Of a stretch of 64,000 nt of DNA, positions 10,495 to 20,985 are shown one piece after another. Under the pieces are notes generated by a model, which was given only the letters and a program-made list of their open reading frames with translations, searched no databases and was not told the origin of the DNA. The DNA lies in NCBI GenBank assembly GCA_965198175.1, contig OZ240245.1, positions 2,400,001-2,464,000 of the forward strand, written 5' to 3'. The translations under genes were made by a program, and so were the position numbers. Every line of letters starts with the position of its first letter. Positions within the stretch are counted from its first letter, which is position 1. This DNA is from Candidatus Poribacteria bacterium (GTDB lineage: Bacteria > Poribacteria > WGA-4E > PCPOR2b).

Positions 10495-11415
10495 CTACCA
10501 ATTGGGATCGTAGTCCCAGTCGACTTTCTGGTTTCCGTATCGCTTGTCATTAAACATCGTCTGATGACAATCGAGGCATCTGTCATACAGGTTCACGCCG
10601 TGAACCTCATGTGCAAGCTGAATCTCGGGTGTGTTGTGAACGTGACACGTCCGGCAGGTGTACGTTCCGTAGCTTACATCGGAGTGAATGTTGAGCTGTC
10701 TTTCATCGTTCCTGACAGAGTATCTCCGTCCGTTTCTTGGGTCGATTATCAGCCACTCATTACCCTTCTTTTTCATCGAAATCACAGTATCTTCAGATAT
10801 TGGAATCTCGCGAATATCAAATTCCCACTGCACATCTTCCGGAAGCCTGTCCTCCTTGTCAAACTCTTCTTGCAGGTGCACATCAAAACTGAATAACAGT
10901 GAATCCGTGGTATGACACCGCGCACAAGGAACATCGTGTAATTGCGTCAACGGAAAGAACTCGTCGTGATCGAGTTTCTCACGACCGTGTACGATGATAC
11001 CAACCATTAAGATTGGGGCAAGTGCGAGATGGACACGCAACAGAATCCGTCTTGCTCGACGCGCCGTTAGACTCACCGCGATACCTGTTCCTAGGTTGAG
11101 CAATGCCAGGGTGAGTGTCAACCAAGAATGCCATGCAAGTGGGCGAACAGCGGAGTGAATAACAACGAGACACAAACCAAAAGACGCCAGCCTTTGATGA
11201 TATTTCAACCAGATTTGCCGACTACCCCATCGAATCAGGCGTGTGCGCAGGATGTAACCGCTTGCAATCAGGATGGCAATTGCCCCAATGATGCTGAGTA
11301 TATGCCGCACTTCGCCATAGCCCGATTCCCATAGCCCAAAGGGAGAGGATATCAACACGAATGCGACGACAACTGCTCCAGCAACACCGTAGGCAATTTG
11401 TATAAACTGGCTCAT
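10495..11415 (-). CDS. Membrane protein with cytochrome b-like His pairs fused to a tri-heme cytochrome c domain
   Basis: Several TM helices with H-x13-H pairs (YHQRL...VIHS; VHLAL...IVHG); CARCH, CRTCH and CLDCH motifs. Confidence 0.8.
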   Translation of the reverse strand: MSQFIQIAYGVAGAVVVAFVLISSPFGLWESGYGEVRHILSIIGAIAILIASGYILRTRLIRWGSRQIWLKYHQRLASFGLCLVVIHSAVRPLAWHSWLTLTLALLNLGTGIAVSLTARRARRILLRVHLALAPILMVGIIVHGREKLDHDEFFPLTQLHDVPCARCHTTDSLLFSFDVHLQEEFDKEDRLPEDVQWEFDIREIPISEDTVISMKKKGNEWLIIDPRNGRRYSVRNDERQLNIHSDVSYGTYTCRTCHVHNTPEIQLAHEVHGVNLYDRCLDCHQTMFNDKRYGNQKVDWDYDPNW

Positions 11416-11534
11416 AATGTGGGATAGTTCATTTTCCCGAAACGTTGGCTGGTGATGAATGTATAATTGTTAGTCCATATATTTTGAATACGCTAGTTCT
11501 TGGCTCAAGTCGGTTGGCACAGCCTTTAATTTCT

Positions 11535-12473
11535 TCAAATGCTCTTATCAGAGGTTGCAGGAAGCGTCACATCTATAAATAGGTCTTCCAACCAACGTTC
11601 AGTTTTTTGAAAACGCAAAATCGTCGCGCCTGCATGAATCAAATCTTTGAGCAGATTCGCGATTTCTGTGTCTGTGATCTGTGATTCAATCAAAATTTTT
11701 GCCTCTGTTACCTCAAACGACGTCAAATTCGATCTGCTTTTCAAGAGGGCTTCTGCTTTATCAATGCCCTCTATCACATCAATTTCGATCCGATGGCTTT
11801 GTGTAATTTGACCGGCGATGTCCGTGACATCACCATACAGGGCGAAACTACCTTTATCCAGAATTCCCAGCCGGTTACAGGTAGTCACTACGTCTGTGAG
11901 CCGATTGGTACCTAAAATCACCGTTTTTCCCATCGCACCAAGTTCATTGATTAATGCCTGCATCTCGATCTGCCCTCGTGCATCTAATGCTGAGAGCGTC
12001 TCATCCAGAAACCAGATCGGTGGATCGTGCAAGAAGGTCTTGGCAAGACAAAGCCTTCGTTTCTGGCCCAGAGAGAGCTGTTCGATTTTCTGATCGCGTA
12101 GGGCGGTCAAATCCATCAGCTCGAGGACATCTTTCATGCCCGCCGCACGCAGCGCCCGGTCTATTTTGTATGCAGATGCGAAAAAATCAAGATACTCCCA
12201 AACAGAGAGAGCCGGATAACCGTCAAAGGTTTGAGGCACGTACCCAATGAGCGGGCGGACTCTATTAAGGTTGGCAAATGCATCATAGCCAGCAATTTCG
12301 ACAACGCCAGACGTGGGTTTGACAAGCGTCGCAAGAATTTTCAGCAGAAGTGTTTTGCCGGAACCATTTAAGCCTAGCAGAGCAAATCGATCGCCTGCGG
12401 CGAGATCCCAGGAGAGGTTGGTAAGAATCTGTCTTTGTTGAATAGATTTGCATAATTCTTGAACACGAATCAT
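11535..12473 (-). CDS. ABC-2 type exporter ATP-binding protein
   Basis: Walker A GLNGSGKT, signature LSLGQ, Walker B WFLDE. Confidence 0.9.
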   Translation of the reverse strand: MIRVQELCKSIQQRQILTNLSWDLAAGDRFALLGLNGSGKTLLLKILATLVKPTSGVVEIAGYDAFANLNRVRPLIGYVPQTFDGYPALSVWEYLDFFASAYKIDRALRAAGMKDVLELMDLTALRDQKIEQLSLGQKRRLCLAKTFLHDPPIWFLDETLSALDARGQIEMQALINELGAMGKTVILGTNRLTDVVTTCNRLGILDKGSFALYGDVTDIAGQITQSHRIEIDVIEGIDKAEALLKSRSNLTSFEVTEAKILIESQITDTEIANLLKDLIHAGATILRFQKTERWLEDLFIDVTLPATSDKSI

Positions 12474-12582
12474 GACTTGTCAATCCTCGAAATTTTAGCA
12501 AAGAATATCCGCAAGGTTGATTAAATTATAGCATGTGAATCTAAGTTTCAAAACAAGTCTTTCCGCCCATCATTCAGAAACA

Positions 12583-13692
12583 TCAAGCTTTTGATTGGCT
12601 TGCATTGACGTTTAGTAACTGCGCGTGAATGGGCTTCCAGTCACTGCGACGATTGCTGATGAGAATCAACCGATCTGTCGGCTGAATCTCGAAGTCAGGC
12701 GGCGGATTAATCCAGTGCTTACTGCTTCGGATAACCCCGACTAATATGACCTGCGCACCCAATTTCATGAGTAGAGATTGCAGTTCATTAAAGTGAAATC
12801 CCTCGACCTCAATAGTTTCAGTATACAATTCACTCCCTTCAGCCTGCGTCAACAGCTCGGCAATGGCGTGAGACAGTCCATGATCTCGGACTTCCTGCGC
12901 TAATACTTTAGCAGCGATGTTACGTGTGGGAATGACTGCATCACAATTGAAAGCTCGAAACAGCGGTAGATGTCCGATACTACTGCACTCAACAATTGTC
13001 CTGACCTTGGGATTGAGGGTCTCAATGAGGGAAACAATCGAAGATGTAATTGCATCTGCAGCATGTTCATCGGTTTTCGGCGTAAGAATCAGCGACGCAT
13101 AAGCTCTTGCAACATTTGCTCTATTCAGGGATTCATCTTGCAATGGCGATCCTCGGACAAAATAGACATTCGGATTGTTGAAAGGGATTTCCTCAATATT
13201 GTCTGCCAGGATGACAAGAGATCGATCGGATGTAACTGGGTCTGATGCAAGCTGATCTATGATTGCGGCGACCTTCAATTCGGATGGAAAATTCACAATA
13301 ACGATATGGTCATCAACAAGATCCCGGCAATCAATGAGTCCGTAACGGCGATTGTTCTGTCCTTCGACGGCAATATCCACGATCTGGGTGATAACGTACG
13401 GGAAGCAAGCTAACCCAACCAGATATAGCAGAACCATTGTGCCGATACGCCCACCTACGGTCGTTGCAGAGTAATCCCCGTATCCGACTGTTGTGATTGT
13501 CGTAAAACTCATCCAGACAGAATCCCAAAGTGTCAACTGAAGGTGTGCTTTTCGCTCAAAGAGATAAAAACATACTGAATTGAGAATGATACAAAGTAAA
13601 GCTAGACCGAGTACTCCTGCAATCCGTCGGATATGACGATTGTGATATGCACGACGAAGGCGACGGCAGTATCGAAGAGTAAGAGTAAGCAT
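12583..13692 (-). CDS. Two-TM potassium channel with RCK (TrkA-N/TrkA-C) domains
   Basis: Selectivity filter TTVGYGD between two TM helices, followed by a Rossmann-like RCK region. Confidence 0.92.
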   Translation of the reverse strand: MLTLTLRYCRRLRRAYHNRHIRRIAGVLGLALLCIILNSVCFYLFERKAHLQLTLWDSVWMSFTTITTVGYGDYSATTVGGRIGTMVLLYLVGLACFPYVITQIVDIAVEGQNNRRYGLIDCRDLVDDHIVIVNFPSELKVAAIIDQLASDPVTSDRSLVILADNIEEIPFNNPNVYFVRGSPLQDESLNRANVARAYASLILTPKTDEHAADAITSSIVSLIETLNPKVRTIVECSSIGHLPLFRAFNCDAVIPTRNIAAKVLAQEVRDHGLSHAIAELLTQAEGSELYTETIEVEGFHFNELQSLLMKLGAQVILVGVIRSSKHWINPPPDFEIQPTDRLILISNRRSDWKPIHAQLLNVNASQSKA

Positions 13693-13989
13693 CGTTTCTC
13701 CTTTTCACAGTAATTGAATTATCAGTTGGTTATTGTACCATAGAAGCAAACCCTATCAAAACAAAAATTTCGCATTAGATTTCCGCCTAATTGATGTGAA
13801 ATAGTTGAACATAATGGGCTTTGACGGCACATCCATGCTTTCTGGGCAGTTTAAGTTTACTTCATTTGCACGTTAACACAATTGACTGATACAACTCTTG
13901 CAATTTCTCTTTATATTTGTGATCATCTATAGTAGAATATATGACGTGACTTTTCAGTCTTCAGCCTTTAATACGAAAAGGGACAAGTT

Positions 13990-15666
13990 ATGCCCAAAAT
14001 GACTGGCTCCAGGTATATTGCGGAGACACTGAAGGGCTATGGTGTTACCACAATCTTCTTCGTACCTGCCATTTTGAGAGGTGTCCTTGTAGAAGCGGAA
14101 ATATTGGGAATAAAGCGCGTGCTCTGCCATTCCGAGAAAGCTGCGGCATACATGGCAGACGGCTATGCCCGAGCATCGCATGGTCCCGGGATCGCCATGG
14201 CACAGTCTGTGGGCGCTGCTAATCTCGCCGCAGGATTGCAAGATGCCTATCTCGCTTTGTCACCGGTGCTGGCTATTACCGGTCGGTTGCCAGCGGTCTA
14301 TCGGTACCGCCATGCATACCAAGAAATCGATCATTGGCCACTCTATGAACCTGTCACCAAGTATAACGCTTTCATTGATGCGGTCGACCAGTTGCCTGTA
14401 ATGTTGCGCCAGGCTTTTCGAGAAGCAACATCCGGCGCACCAGGTCCGGTTCACTTGGAATTGCTAGGATTTCAAGGTGAAATGGTTGCCGATTGTGAAG
14501 CCGACTTAGAAGTGATTATTGAGGAGTCTTTCAGGCAGTATCCGGCATTTCGCTCCGAACCTGCAGCGGAACTGGTGGACCAGGCAGCTAAACTCATCGC
14601 TCAGGCGCAACGGCCCGTCTTGGTTGCCGGTGGAGGGGTCGCTGCTTCTAAAGCGGGGGCAGAGATTATTAAGCTTGCAGAGATGCTCTCTATGCCCGTG
14701 GCGACTTCTCTAAACGCCAAGGGGAGTATCCCCGAAAATCACCCTTTATCTGTAGGAGTCGTCGGTGCTTACTCCCGTTCGTGCGCCAACCAGATAGTCT
14801 CTGAGGCCGATGTAGTACTTTTTGTGGGAAGTCATACCGGCGGACAAGTCACCCACTTCTGGCAAGTGCCTAGGCACGGTACTGCGGTCATTCAGATTGA
14901 CATAGATCCCTCAGCAATTGGGCGAAATTACCCGACACAAGTGGCACTGCTTGGGGATGCCAAGGTGAGTATACAGCGTCTCATTGAGGCTCTTGAACCC
15001 AAGACTGTGGACGCCCGGTGGACTGCCCGAGTGAGTGAGTTGGTCGCGCAGTGGCGAAAGGAACTTAAACCGTTATTCGACTCAGACGCATCACCCATTA
15101 GGCCCGAGCGGCTATGTAAAGAAATATGCGATTTCCTTCCGTCCGATGCTGTTCTGGTTTCGGACACAGGACACGCCGGCATCTGGACAGGAGCGATGGT
15201 CGACCTCAAGACTCCAGACCAGCGCTATCTGCGATGTGCAGGCTCCTTGGGCTGGGGGTTTCCGGCAGCTTTGGGTGCCAAGTGCGCTGTTCCTGATAGA
15301 CCTGTAATCTGCTTCACAGGAGATGGCGGCTTCTGGTACCACCTCAGCGAGTTGGAGACAGCCCTTCGCTGTGGCATCAACACTGTAACAGTGATCAACA
15401 ACAACCATTCGCTTAATCAGGACAAGGCGGGTGTAGACCGCGCTTATGGCGGCGTGACTGCCGGTAACCGCGAAGAGATTTGGGTCTTTCAGGACGTAGA
15501 TTTCTCGCAAATTGCCCAGTCCATGGGATGTTTTGGGGTTCGGGTGGAACGCCCGGGGGATATTCAGAACGCCTTGGAACAGGCATTGGCTTCAGGCAAA
15601 CCAGCGGTCGTGGATATAGCAAGCGATATCAACGCTTTCGCGCCGTTGCCACATGTTCCAGATTAA
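13990..15666 (+). CDS. Thiamine pyrophosphate-dependent enzyme, acetolactate synthase large-subunit family
   Basis: HSEKAAAYMADGYAR, GPVHL, TPP motif GDGG...NN. Confidence 0.9.
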   Translation: MPKMTGSRYIAETLKGYGVTTIFFVPAILRGVLVEAEILGIKRVLCHSEKAAAYMADGYARASHGPGIAMAQSVGAANLAAGLQDAYLALSPVLAITGRLPAVYRYRHAYQEIDHWPLYEPVTKYNAFIDAVDQLPVMLRQAFREATSGAPGPVHLELLGFQGEMVADCEADLEVIIEESFRQYPAFRSEPAAELVDQAAKLIAQAQRPVLVAGGGVAASKAGAEIIKLAEMLSMPVATSLNAKGSIPENHPLSVGVVGAYSRSCANQIVSEADVVLFVGSHTGGQVTHFWQVPRHGTAVIQIDIDPSAIGRNYPTQVALLGDAKVSIQRLIEALEPKTVDARWTARVSELVAQWRKELKPLFDSDASPIRPERLCKEICDFLPSDAVLVSDTGHAGIWTGAMVDLKTPDQRYLRCAGSLGWGFPAALGAKCAVPDRPVICFTGDGGFWYHLSELETALRCGINTVTVINNNHSLNQDKAGVDRAYGGVTAGNREEIWVFQDVDFSQIAQSMGCFGVRVERPGDIQNALEQALASGKPAVVDIASDINAFAPLPHVPD

Positions 15667-15776
15667 TTTACCGGGTGGAGGATTAGCCAAATAGATTCGG
15701 CGGTATGCTCGTTATCGTCTTACAAGGAAAGAGATAAGTCAGTCTAAGATTATCTCATTGTCCACGAAATCTGAAA

Positions 15777-17102
15777 ATGTGCAACTCTGAAATCCTGTCA
15801 CAAATACCATCCCAAGTCCTAGCTGTGCTGCAAGAGATTGGGCAACTTGCGAATGAAGCATGCCTACCCGCCTACGTCGTTGGCGGCTTGGTCCGTGATT
15901 TTCTGCTCAATCGTGAGAATTTGGATTTTGATGTCGTCGTAGAAGGGGATGTCATCAGCTTAGCTCACCGTCTTTCCAAAAGGTGGGATAGCAAGATGCG
16001 GGTTCATCACAGCTTTGGTACAGGGACGCTGATACGCAGTGATGGGCTCAAAATCGATTTTGTCAGTGCACGATGCGAAACTTATGTGCGCCCCGGAGCG
16101 TTACCCTTAGTTAAGTTCGGAACGATTGTGGACGATCTCCACCGCCGCGACTTTTCGATTAATGCACTCGCTATGTCACTTAATCCGGACGACTTTGGAG
16201 AGCTTGTCGATTGTACGAACGGGTTACGGGATTTACAGACTGGACTCATTCGCGCTCTACATGATCGGAGTTTCATTGATGATCCAACCCGCATCTTCCG
16301 CGCGATTCGGTACGAGGGGCGTTACCACTTTAAAATCGTTGACAGCGATCAAAAACGCATTCGTGATGCGATTAACGAAGGGATTTTAGATTTAATCAGT
16401 GGTCAGCGCATACGAAACGAAATCGACCGCATCCTATCGGAAGAATCTGCGCCGAAGATGATTCAGCGGATGTGCGAATTTAATCTTTTTCGTGGAATCC
16501 ACCCAGAGTGGGAACTTCGGCAGGACTTTGACGCACGCTGGGATACTGCCCGTCAAGCCATCAATTGGGCAAAAAAGCATCTACCGAATGACTCGATTGA
16601 TACAAGGTCGCTATTTTGGATAGCACTGTTGACTGACCTCTTCTCGGTGCCGAGAGAGGTTCAGTCAGGAGAGGAAAAACTAAGGTTCGCCGAAGCAATC
16701 GAATCCGTGAAAGATCGATTATCGTTGGAAAACCGATTACGCAAAAAGCTGATCGGTAAGAGACAATTGGGCGACGCTTTAGCCACGTTATCGGAAAATT
16801 CTAGACCGAGCGAGGTTTATAGACTGTTGAAATCGTATCCGTTAGAGGCGTTGGTCTTCTCGATTGTAGAGCCGGATCAACCTCAATGGCGTGCGGAAAA
16901 GATTAAGAATTTTTTGACAGATTTGAGGTCCGCCCTGCCGTTGATCGACGGAACAGATCTTATCCAACTAGACTTGAATCCGGGGCCAACATTTGCGGAG
17001 ATACTGTGGACGACATTTGCAGCGCAGTTAGATGGAAAAATACAAAGCAAACCGGAGGCTTACAAATTTTTAGGACGAATTCATGAGACTCGATCCAGTT
17101 GA
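15777..17102 (+). CDS. cca: tRNA nucleotidyltransferase (class II, CCA/A-adding)
   Basis: VGGLVRD, DFD, DLHRRDFSINA, DDPTRIFRAIRY. Confidence 0.88.
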   Translation: MCNSEILSQIPSQVLAVLQEIGQLANEACLPAYVVGGLVRDFLLNRENLDFDVVVEGDVISLAHRLSKRWDSKMRVHHSFGTGTLIRSDGLKIDFVSARCETYVRPGALPLVKFGTIVDDLHRRDFSINALAMSLNPDDFGELVDCTNGLRDLQTGLIRALHDRSFIDDPTRIFRAIRYEGRYHFKIVDSDQKRIRDAINEGILDLISGQRIRNEIDRILSEESAPKMIQRMCEFNLFRGIHPEWELRQDFDARWDTARQAINWAKKHLPNDSIDTRSLFWIALLTDLFSVPREVQSGEEKLRFAEAIESVKDRLSLENRLRKKLIGKRQLGDALATLSENSRPSEVYRLLKSYPLEALVFSIVEPDQPQWRAEKIKNFLTDLRSALPLIDGTDLIQLDLNPGPTFAEILWTTFAAQLDGKIQSKPEAYKFLGRIHETRSS

Positions 17103-17763
17103 AGCAATCCTACGAGTGGTTCAGTTTATTATTTTGCTTACTTTTCACGAATGGGGCCACGCAAAATCCGCCAACATGCTAGGAGATCGAACTGCTGAAG
17201 ATGAGGGCCGAATGACATTCAATCCTGGGGCGCATATCGACCTCATCGGAACAGTGATTTTGCCGCTGATTGGAACACTCTTTGGAGGAATGTTTTTTGG
17301 CTGGGCGAAGCCTGTGCCCGTTAATCCTTACAATTTGAGAAATCCCAAACGTGATTTGATGATTATTGCGGCGGCGGGACCGATTATGAACATTATTTGC
17401 ACAATCGTGATTTTAGGTGGTCTATCACTTCTTTCCATGGCGATTGAATTCCCTGATAGAGGTTCGGCAATTCAAGTTGAAATGTATCGGCAGTTGAAAA
17501 TATCAGCGATTATTAGTGTTTTTTTGGCGGTATTCAATATGCTCCCGGTCTTCCCGCTTGACGGATATAGCGTTGTATATGGTCTGCTGCCTTGGAAACA
17601 GGCTCAAGAGTTCGAAAAACTGCGCCCTTACGGCATGATGATTCTTATGGGAATTATTTTCATTCCAGGCCTGATTGGAATACCGAATCCGGTCTTTATC
17701 ATTATTAGTCTAGTAGCTTACGGTATGTTCGACCTAGCTCAAATACTTGTCGGTTTGTATTGA
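17083..17763 (+). CDS. Site-2 protease, peptidase M50
   Basis: HEWGH, AAAGP, NMLPVFPLDG. Confidence 0.92.
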   Translation: MRLDPVEAILRVVQFIILLTFHEWGHAKSANMLGDRTAEDEGRMTFNPGAHIDLIGTVILPLIGTLFGGMFFGWAKPVPVNPYNLRNPKRDLMIIAAAGPIMNIICTIVILGGLSLLSMAIEFPDRGSAIQVEMYRQLKISAIISVFLAVFNMLPVFPLDGYSVVYGLLPWKQAQEFEKLRPYGMMILMGIIFIPGLIGIPNPVFIIISLVAYGMFDLAQILVGLY

Positions 17764-17960
17764 ATCCGACGGGAATAGATAGGTCTGAACCGGTAGAAGC
17801 ATGTCACGAAAACCACTGAAAGACATGGTGTTGAAGCGCATAAAGCGGCAATAGTGAATGATGCTGCCGTAATTCTACGGGTTTCCTATTAGGTTATCGC
17901 AAAGATATTTGACTAAATACCCTAGGCTGATTCGGAGCGACTTTGGAGGAAGCAACAAGC

Positions 17961-18953
17961 ATGCAAATAACAAGATTAGTCAGCGGTGTCCGCCCAACAG
18001 GACTTCTACATATTGGACACCTCGAAGGGATGCTGAAAAATACAGCAAGCCTGCAAGAAAAATACGAATGTTATCCCTTCATCGCCGATTGGCATTCGCT
18101 CACCGATGTGACCGACACATCGAACCTTCACCACTACATATTGCAGGCAGCGGTCGATTGGTTGAGTGCGGGGATTGACCCGGAAAAGAGCACTCTCTTC
18201 ATTCAATCTCACGTTCCAGAACATGCGGAGCTATCAACTCTGCTTACAATGATTACACCGGTGTCTTGGCTTGAGCGGTGCCCTACGTATAAAGACAAGG
18301 TTCAAGATCTCAACCAGCATATCAATCAGCGCGAGGGACCTTCAACCGGATTGTTAGAATATCCGGTATTGATGACATCGGATGTAATTGTTTACAAAGC
18401 CGCGGTAGTGCCTGTTGGGGCGGATAATGTCGCCCACCTTGAAATTTCGCGGGAAATCGTCCGCCGATTTAATCACATCTACGGGGACGTTTTTCCGGAG
18501 CCACAGCCGCTGTTGACGGAAACCGCGGAATTGCCAGGACTTGATGGTCGCAAGATGAGCAAGAGCTACGGTAATACCATTCAGTTGTCAGACCCACCTG
18601 AGACCACACGGAAAAACATTATGAAAATGGTAACAGATCCAGGTCGTGTACGTCGCAATGACCCCGGTAATCCGGACGTATGTCCGGTTTTTGCGTATCA
18701 TAAAGTCTACAATCCCGATGAGGTTCCAAAAATCGATAAGGATTGTCGTTCCGCTGCAATAGGGTGTGTCGATTGTAAACGTAATCTCACCGATAATATG
18801 ATTGCTGAGATAGCCCCATTCTATGAAAAACGGGCTCAATGGGCGTCAAAACCTAAAGTGGTTCGTGAAGTTCTCGCTTATGGAGCAAATCGGGCACGAG
18901 GAGTTGCCCAAGAGACAATGGCAGAAGTCAGAGCTGCAATGAATTTAGTCTGA
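17961..18953 (+). CDS. trpS: Tryptophan--tRNA ligase
   Basis: SGVRPTGLLHIGH, KMSKS. Start at ATG 17961; TTG 17943 is an alternative. Confidence 0.96.
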   Translation: MQITRLVSGVRPTGLLHIGHLEGMLKNTASLQEKYECYPFIADWHSLTDVTDTSNLHHYILQAAVDWLSAGIDPEKSTLFIQSHVPEHAELSTLLTMITPVSWLERCPTYKDKVQDLNQHINQREGPSTGLLEYPVLMTSDVIVYKAAVVPVGADNVAHLEISREIVRRFNHIYGDVFPEPQPLLTETAELPGLDGRKMSKSYGNTIQLSDPPETTRKNIMKMVTDPGRVRRNDPGNPDVCPVFAYHKVYNPDEVPKIDKDCRSAAIGCVDCKRNLTDNMIAEIAPFYEKRAQWASKPKVVREVLAYGANRARGVAQETMAEVRAAMNLV

Positions 18954-18990
18954 CCGTCTTTAACAGAAATTTTATCAATAATGAGATTGT

Positions 18991-19746
18991 ATGCAAAACC
19001 GTGTTGAGATCTATGACTCTCAGGTGAAACCTATCTACGCAATCAAACTTGATGTTTTTGAAGGTCCTTTAGATCTCCTGCTCCATCTTATTCAACAAAA
19101 TGAGATGGAGATCACGGATATCCCAATCGCAGAAATTACCGAGCAGTATCTAGAGTATCTCAACTTTATGGAACTGCTAGATCTTGATGTCGCGTCGGAC
19201 TTTCTGGTGGTGGCAGCGACTTTGCTTTATCTCAAATCTCAAAGCATTCTTCCATCGGTGACAGAAGACGATCAAAAACCGTTCAAGGATCGGGAAGAGC
19301 TAGTCAGACAACTGTTAGCGTATAAACAGTTCAAGGAAGCGGCGCAAGCGTTAGATTATCACGTCGCGAAGCGGGAACGAATCTACGGAAGGAGCATCAA
19401 TCCGGATACTGAGTTGGCTGATTTACGTGAAGTCCAGATTAAGGCGACGCTCTTTGATCTCCTATCCGCTTTCAAGCACGTGGTTGAAAGATCACAGTAT
19501 GCAACGGATGATGATTTGTACGAAGAAATTGAAGAAGAGCCAATCACAGTTGAGGAAAAGATGGAGGTTGTGCAGCGCAGACTCAGTGAGGAACCAATAA
19601 ATTTCAATGACCTTTTATCGGAGTTTGCAAGCAAAATTGAACAGATTGTGACGTTTTTAGCGATTTTGGAGTTGATTCGCCTTCAGCGAATCGCTGCGGT
19701 GCAATCTGGACATCTTGAGGACATTTATATTGTCAAACTTAGTTAG
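18991..19746 (+). CDS. scpA: Segregation and condensation protein A
   Basis: FEGPLDLLLHLI, VTFLAILELIR. Confidence 0.95.
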   Translation: MQNRVEIYDSQVKPIYAIKLDVFEGPLDLLLHLIQQNEMEITDIPIAEITEQYLEYLNFMELLDLDVASDFLVVAATLLYLKSQSILPSVTEDDQKPFKDREELVRQLLAYKQFKEAAQALDYHVAKRERIYGRSINPDTELADLREVQIKATLFDLLSAFKHVVERSQYATDDDLYEEIEEEPITVEEKMEVVQRRLSEEPINFNDLLSEFASKIEQIVTFLAILELIRLQRIAAVQSGHLEDIYIVKLS

Positions 19747-19806
19747 GTAATACGTAAAAACCCGCAAAGGTTACCCCTTATACTAAATCGTACCGACAGA
19801 AAATCC

Positions 19807-20394
19807 GTGACTGAAGAACTCACGCTTCCCATTCAAGATTCTGCGTTTAGCCCAGACGAGATGAAATCCATCCTCGAAGCGGTGCTGTTTGCTGTTAGCG
19901 AACCCATTTCCCTGAAACAGTTTAGCCAAGTATTGAATGGGGTGTCCACGAGACAGATTCGCCAAGTGCTCAAGCTGTTGCGTGATGAGTACCGTGACAC
20001 AAACCGCAGTTTTGAGCTCATCGAAATTGCTAACGGGTTTCAAGTCTGTACACACCCCAAATATCACAGTTGGATTGAAAAATTTCACACCCGTCAGGTG
20101 CGCGTCAAACTTTCACCTGCCGCACTTGAAACCCTCACCATTGCCGCCTACAAGCAGCCTGTTACGAGAACCGAAATCGAAGAAATCCGCGGCGTCAATA
20201 GCGATAGCGTCCTCAATTCCTTGATCGAAAAAGGATTAGTTCGCATCGCCGGAAGGAAACCCGGCCCTGGGCGTTCACTCTTATTCGCAACGACCGACGA
20301 ATTTCTGCAACTATTCGGATTGAAGGATCTTGCTGAACTGCCTTCTATGGATGAGATTGAACAGATTTTAGATCGAGCGCAAACGGAAATGTAG
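19807..20394 (+). CDS. scpB: Segregation and condensation protein B
   Basis: LEAVLF, LSPAALETLTIAAYKQPVTR.EIEEIRGV, TTDEFLQLFGL. Confidence 0.95.
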   Translation: MTEELTLPIQDSAFSPDEMKSILEAVLFAVSEPISLKQFSQVLNGVSTRQIRQVLKLLRDEYRDTNRSFELIEIANGFQVCTHPKYHSWIEKFHTRQVRVKLSPAALETLTIAAYKQPVTRTEIEEIRGVNSDSVLNSLIEKGLVRIAGRKPGPGRSLLFATTDEFLQLFGLKDLAELPSMDEIEQILDRAQTEM

Positions 20395-20985
20395 GTAATA
20401 TCGTATTCCGTTGTGCGTATAACTTCTGCACACTTCTGCAGTAGGTCAATTCTCCGGATTTCACAGTAGGTCAATAGGCTTTATTGGGAAAAGTTATCCG
20501 GGTTAAGCGAAATATAGCTTCAGGCGTTAATCACCCACCTCCACACAATTACTCATAAGCGTATTGAATACTATCTTGTCACCTTTGACGACTATGTTCC
20601 CAACCGAGAATCTCATGTCAAGGAAAACGAAACAACAATAGTGAACGTTTGTCCGACTCTCTCAGTTCCCCGAGCACCGTCAAGTGGTAGATTGTGACCG
20701 ACAAAGCTAGTTGTGAGAAAAGCTTGGATTGCATTGAGGTTATGCTTGTTGATAACTCCTTCCGAGAAGCGGCTGAGCACCTCTTTCCTTTGTCCGTCGC
20801 CGACATGTGGTGATTAGCCTACGACGAATAGTTTGAAGAAATTCTATTGACGACAGAGAGGGTTGAAAGGTACAATTGTCATATCAGAACCGTGCGAAGG
20901 GCGACCCCGTTGGATAATGAGCAAATCTGGAGGTATAGGCAACCTGTTAAAGCTTGATTCCAGCCGGAAGGAAAGGATTGAGGCG

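Noticed and set aside
20400..20980. Long intergenic region before thrC, checked for a T-box, lysine riboswitch or Thr leader peptide
   Set aside because: No T-box, terminator or Thr-codon run was found on the + strand.
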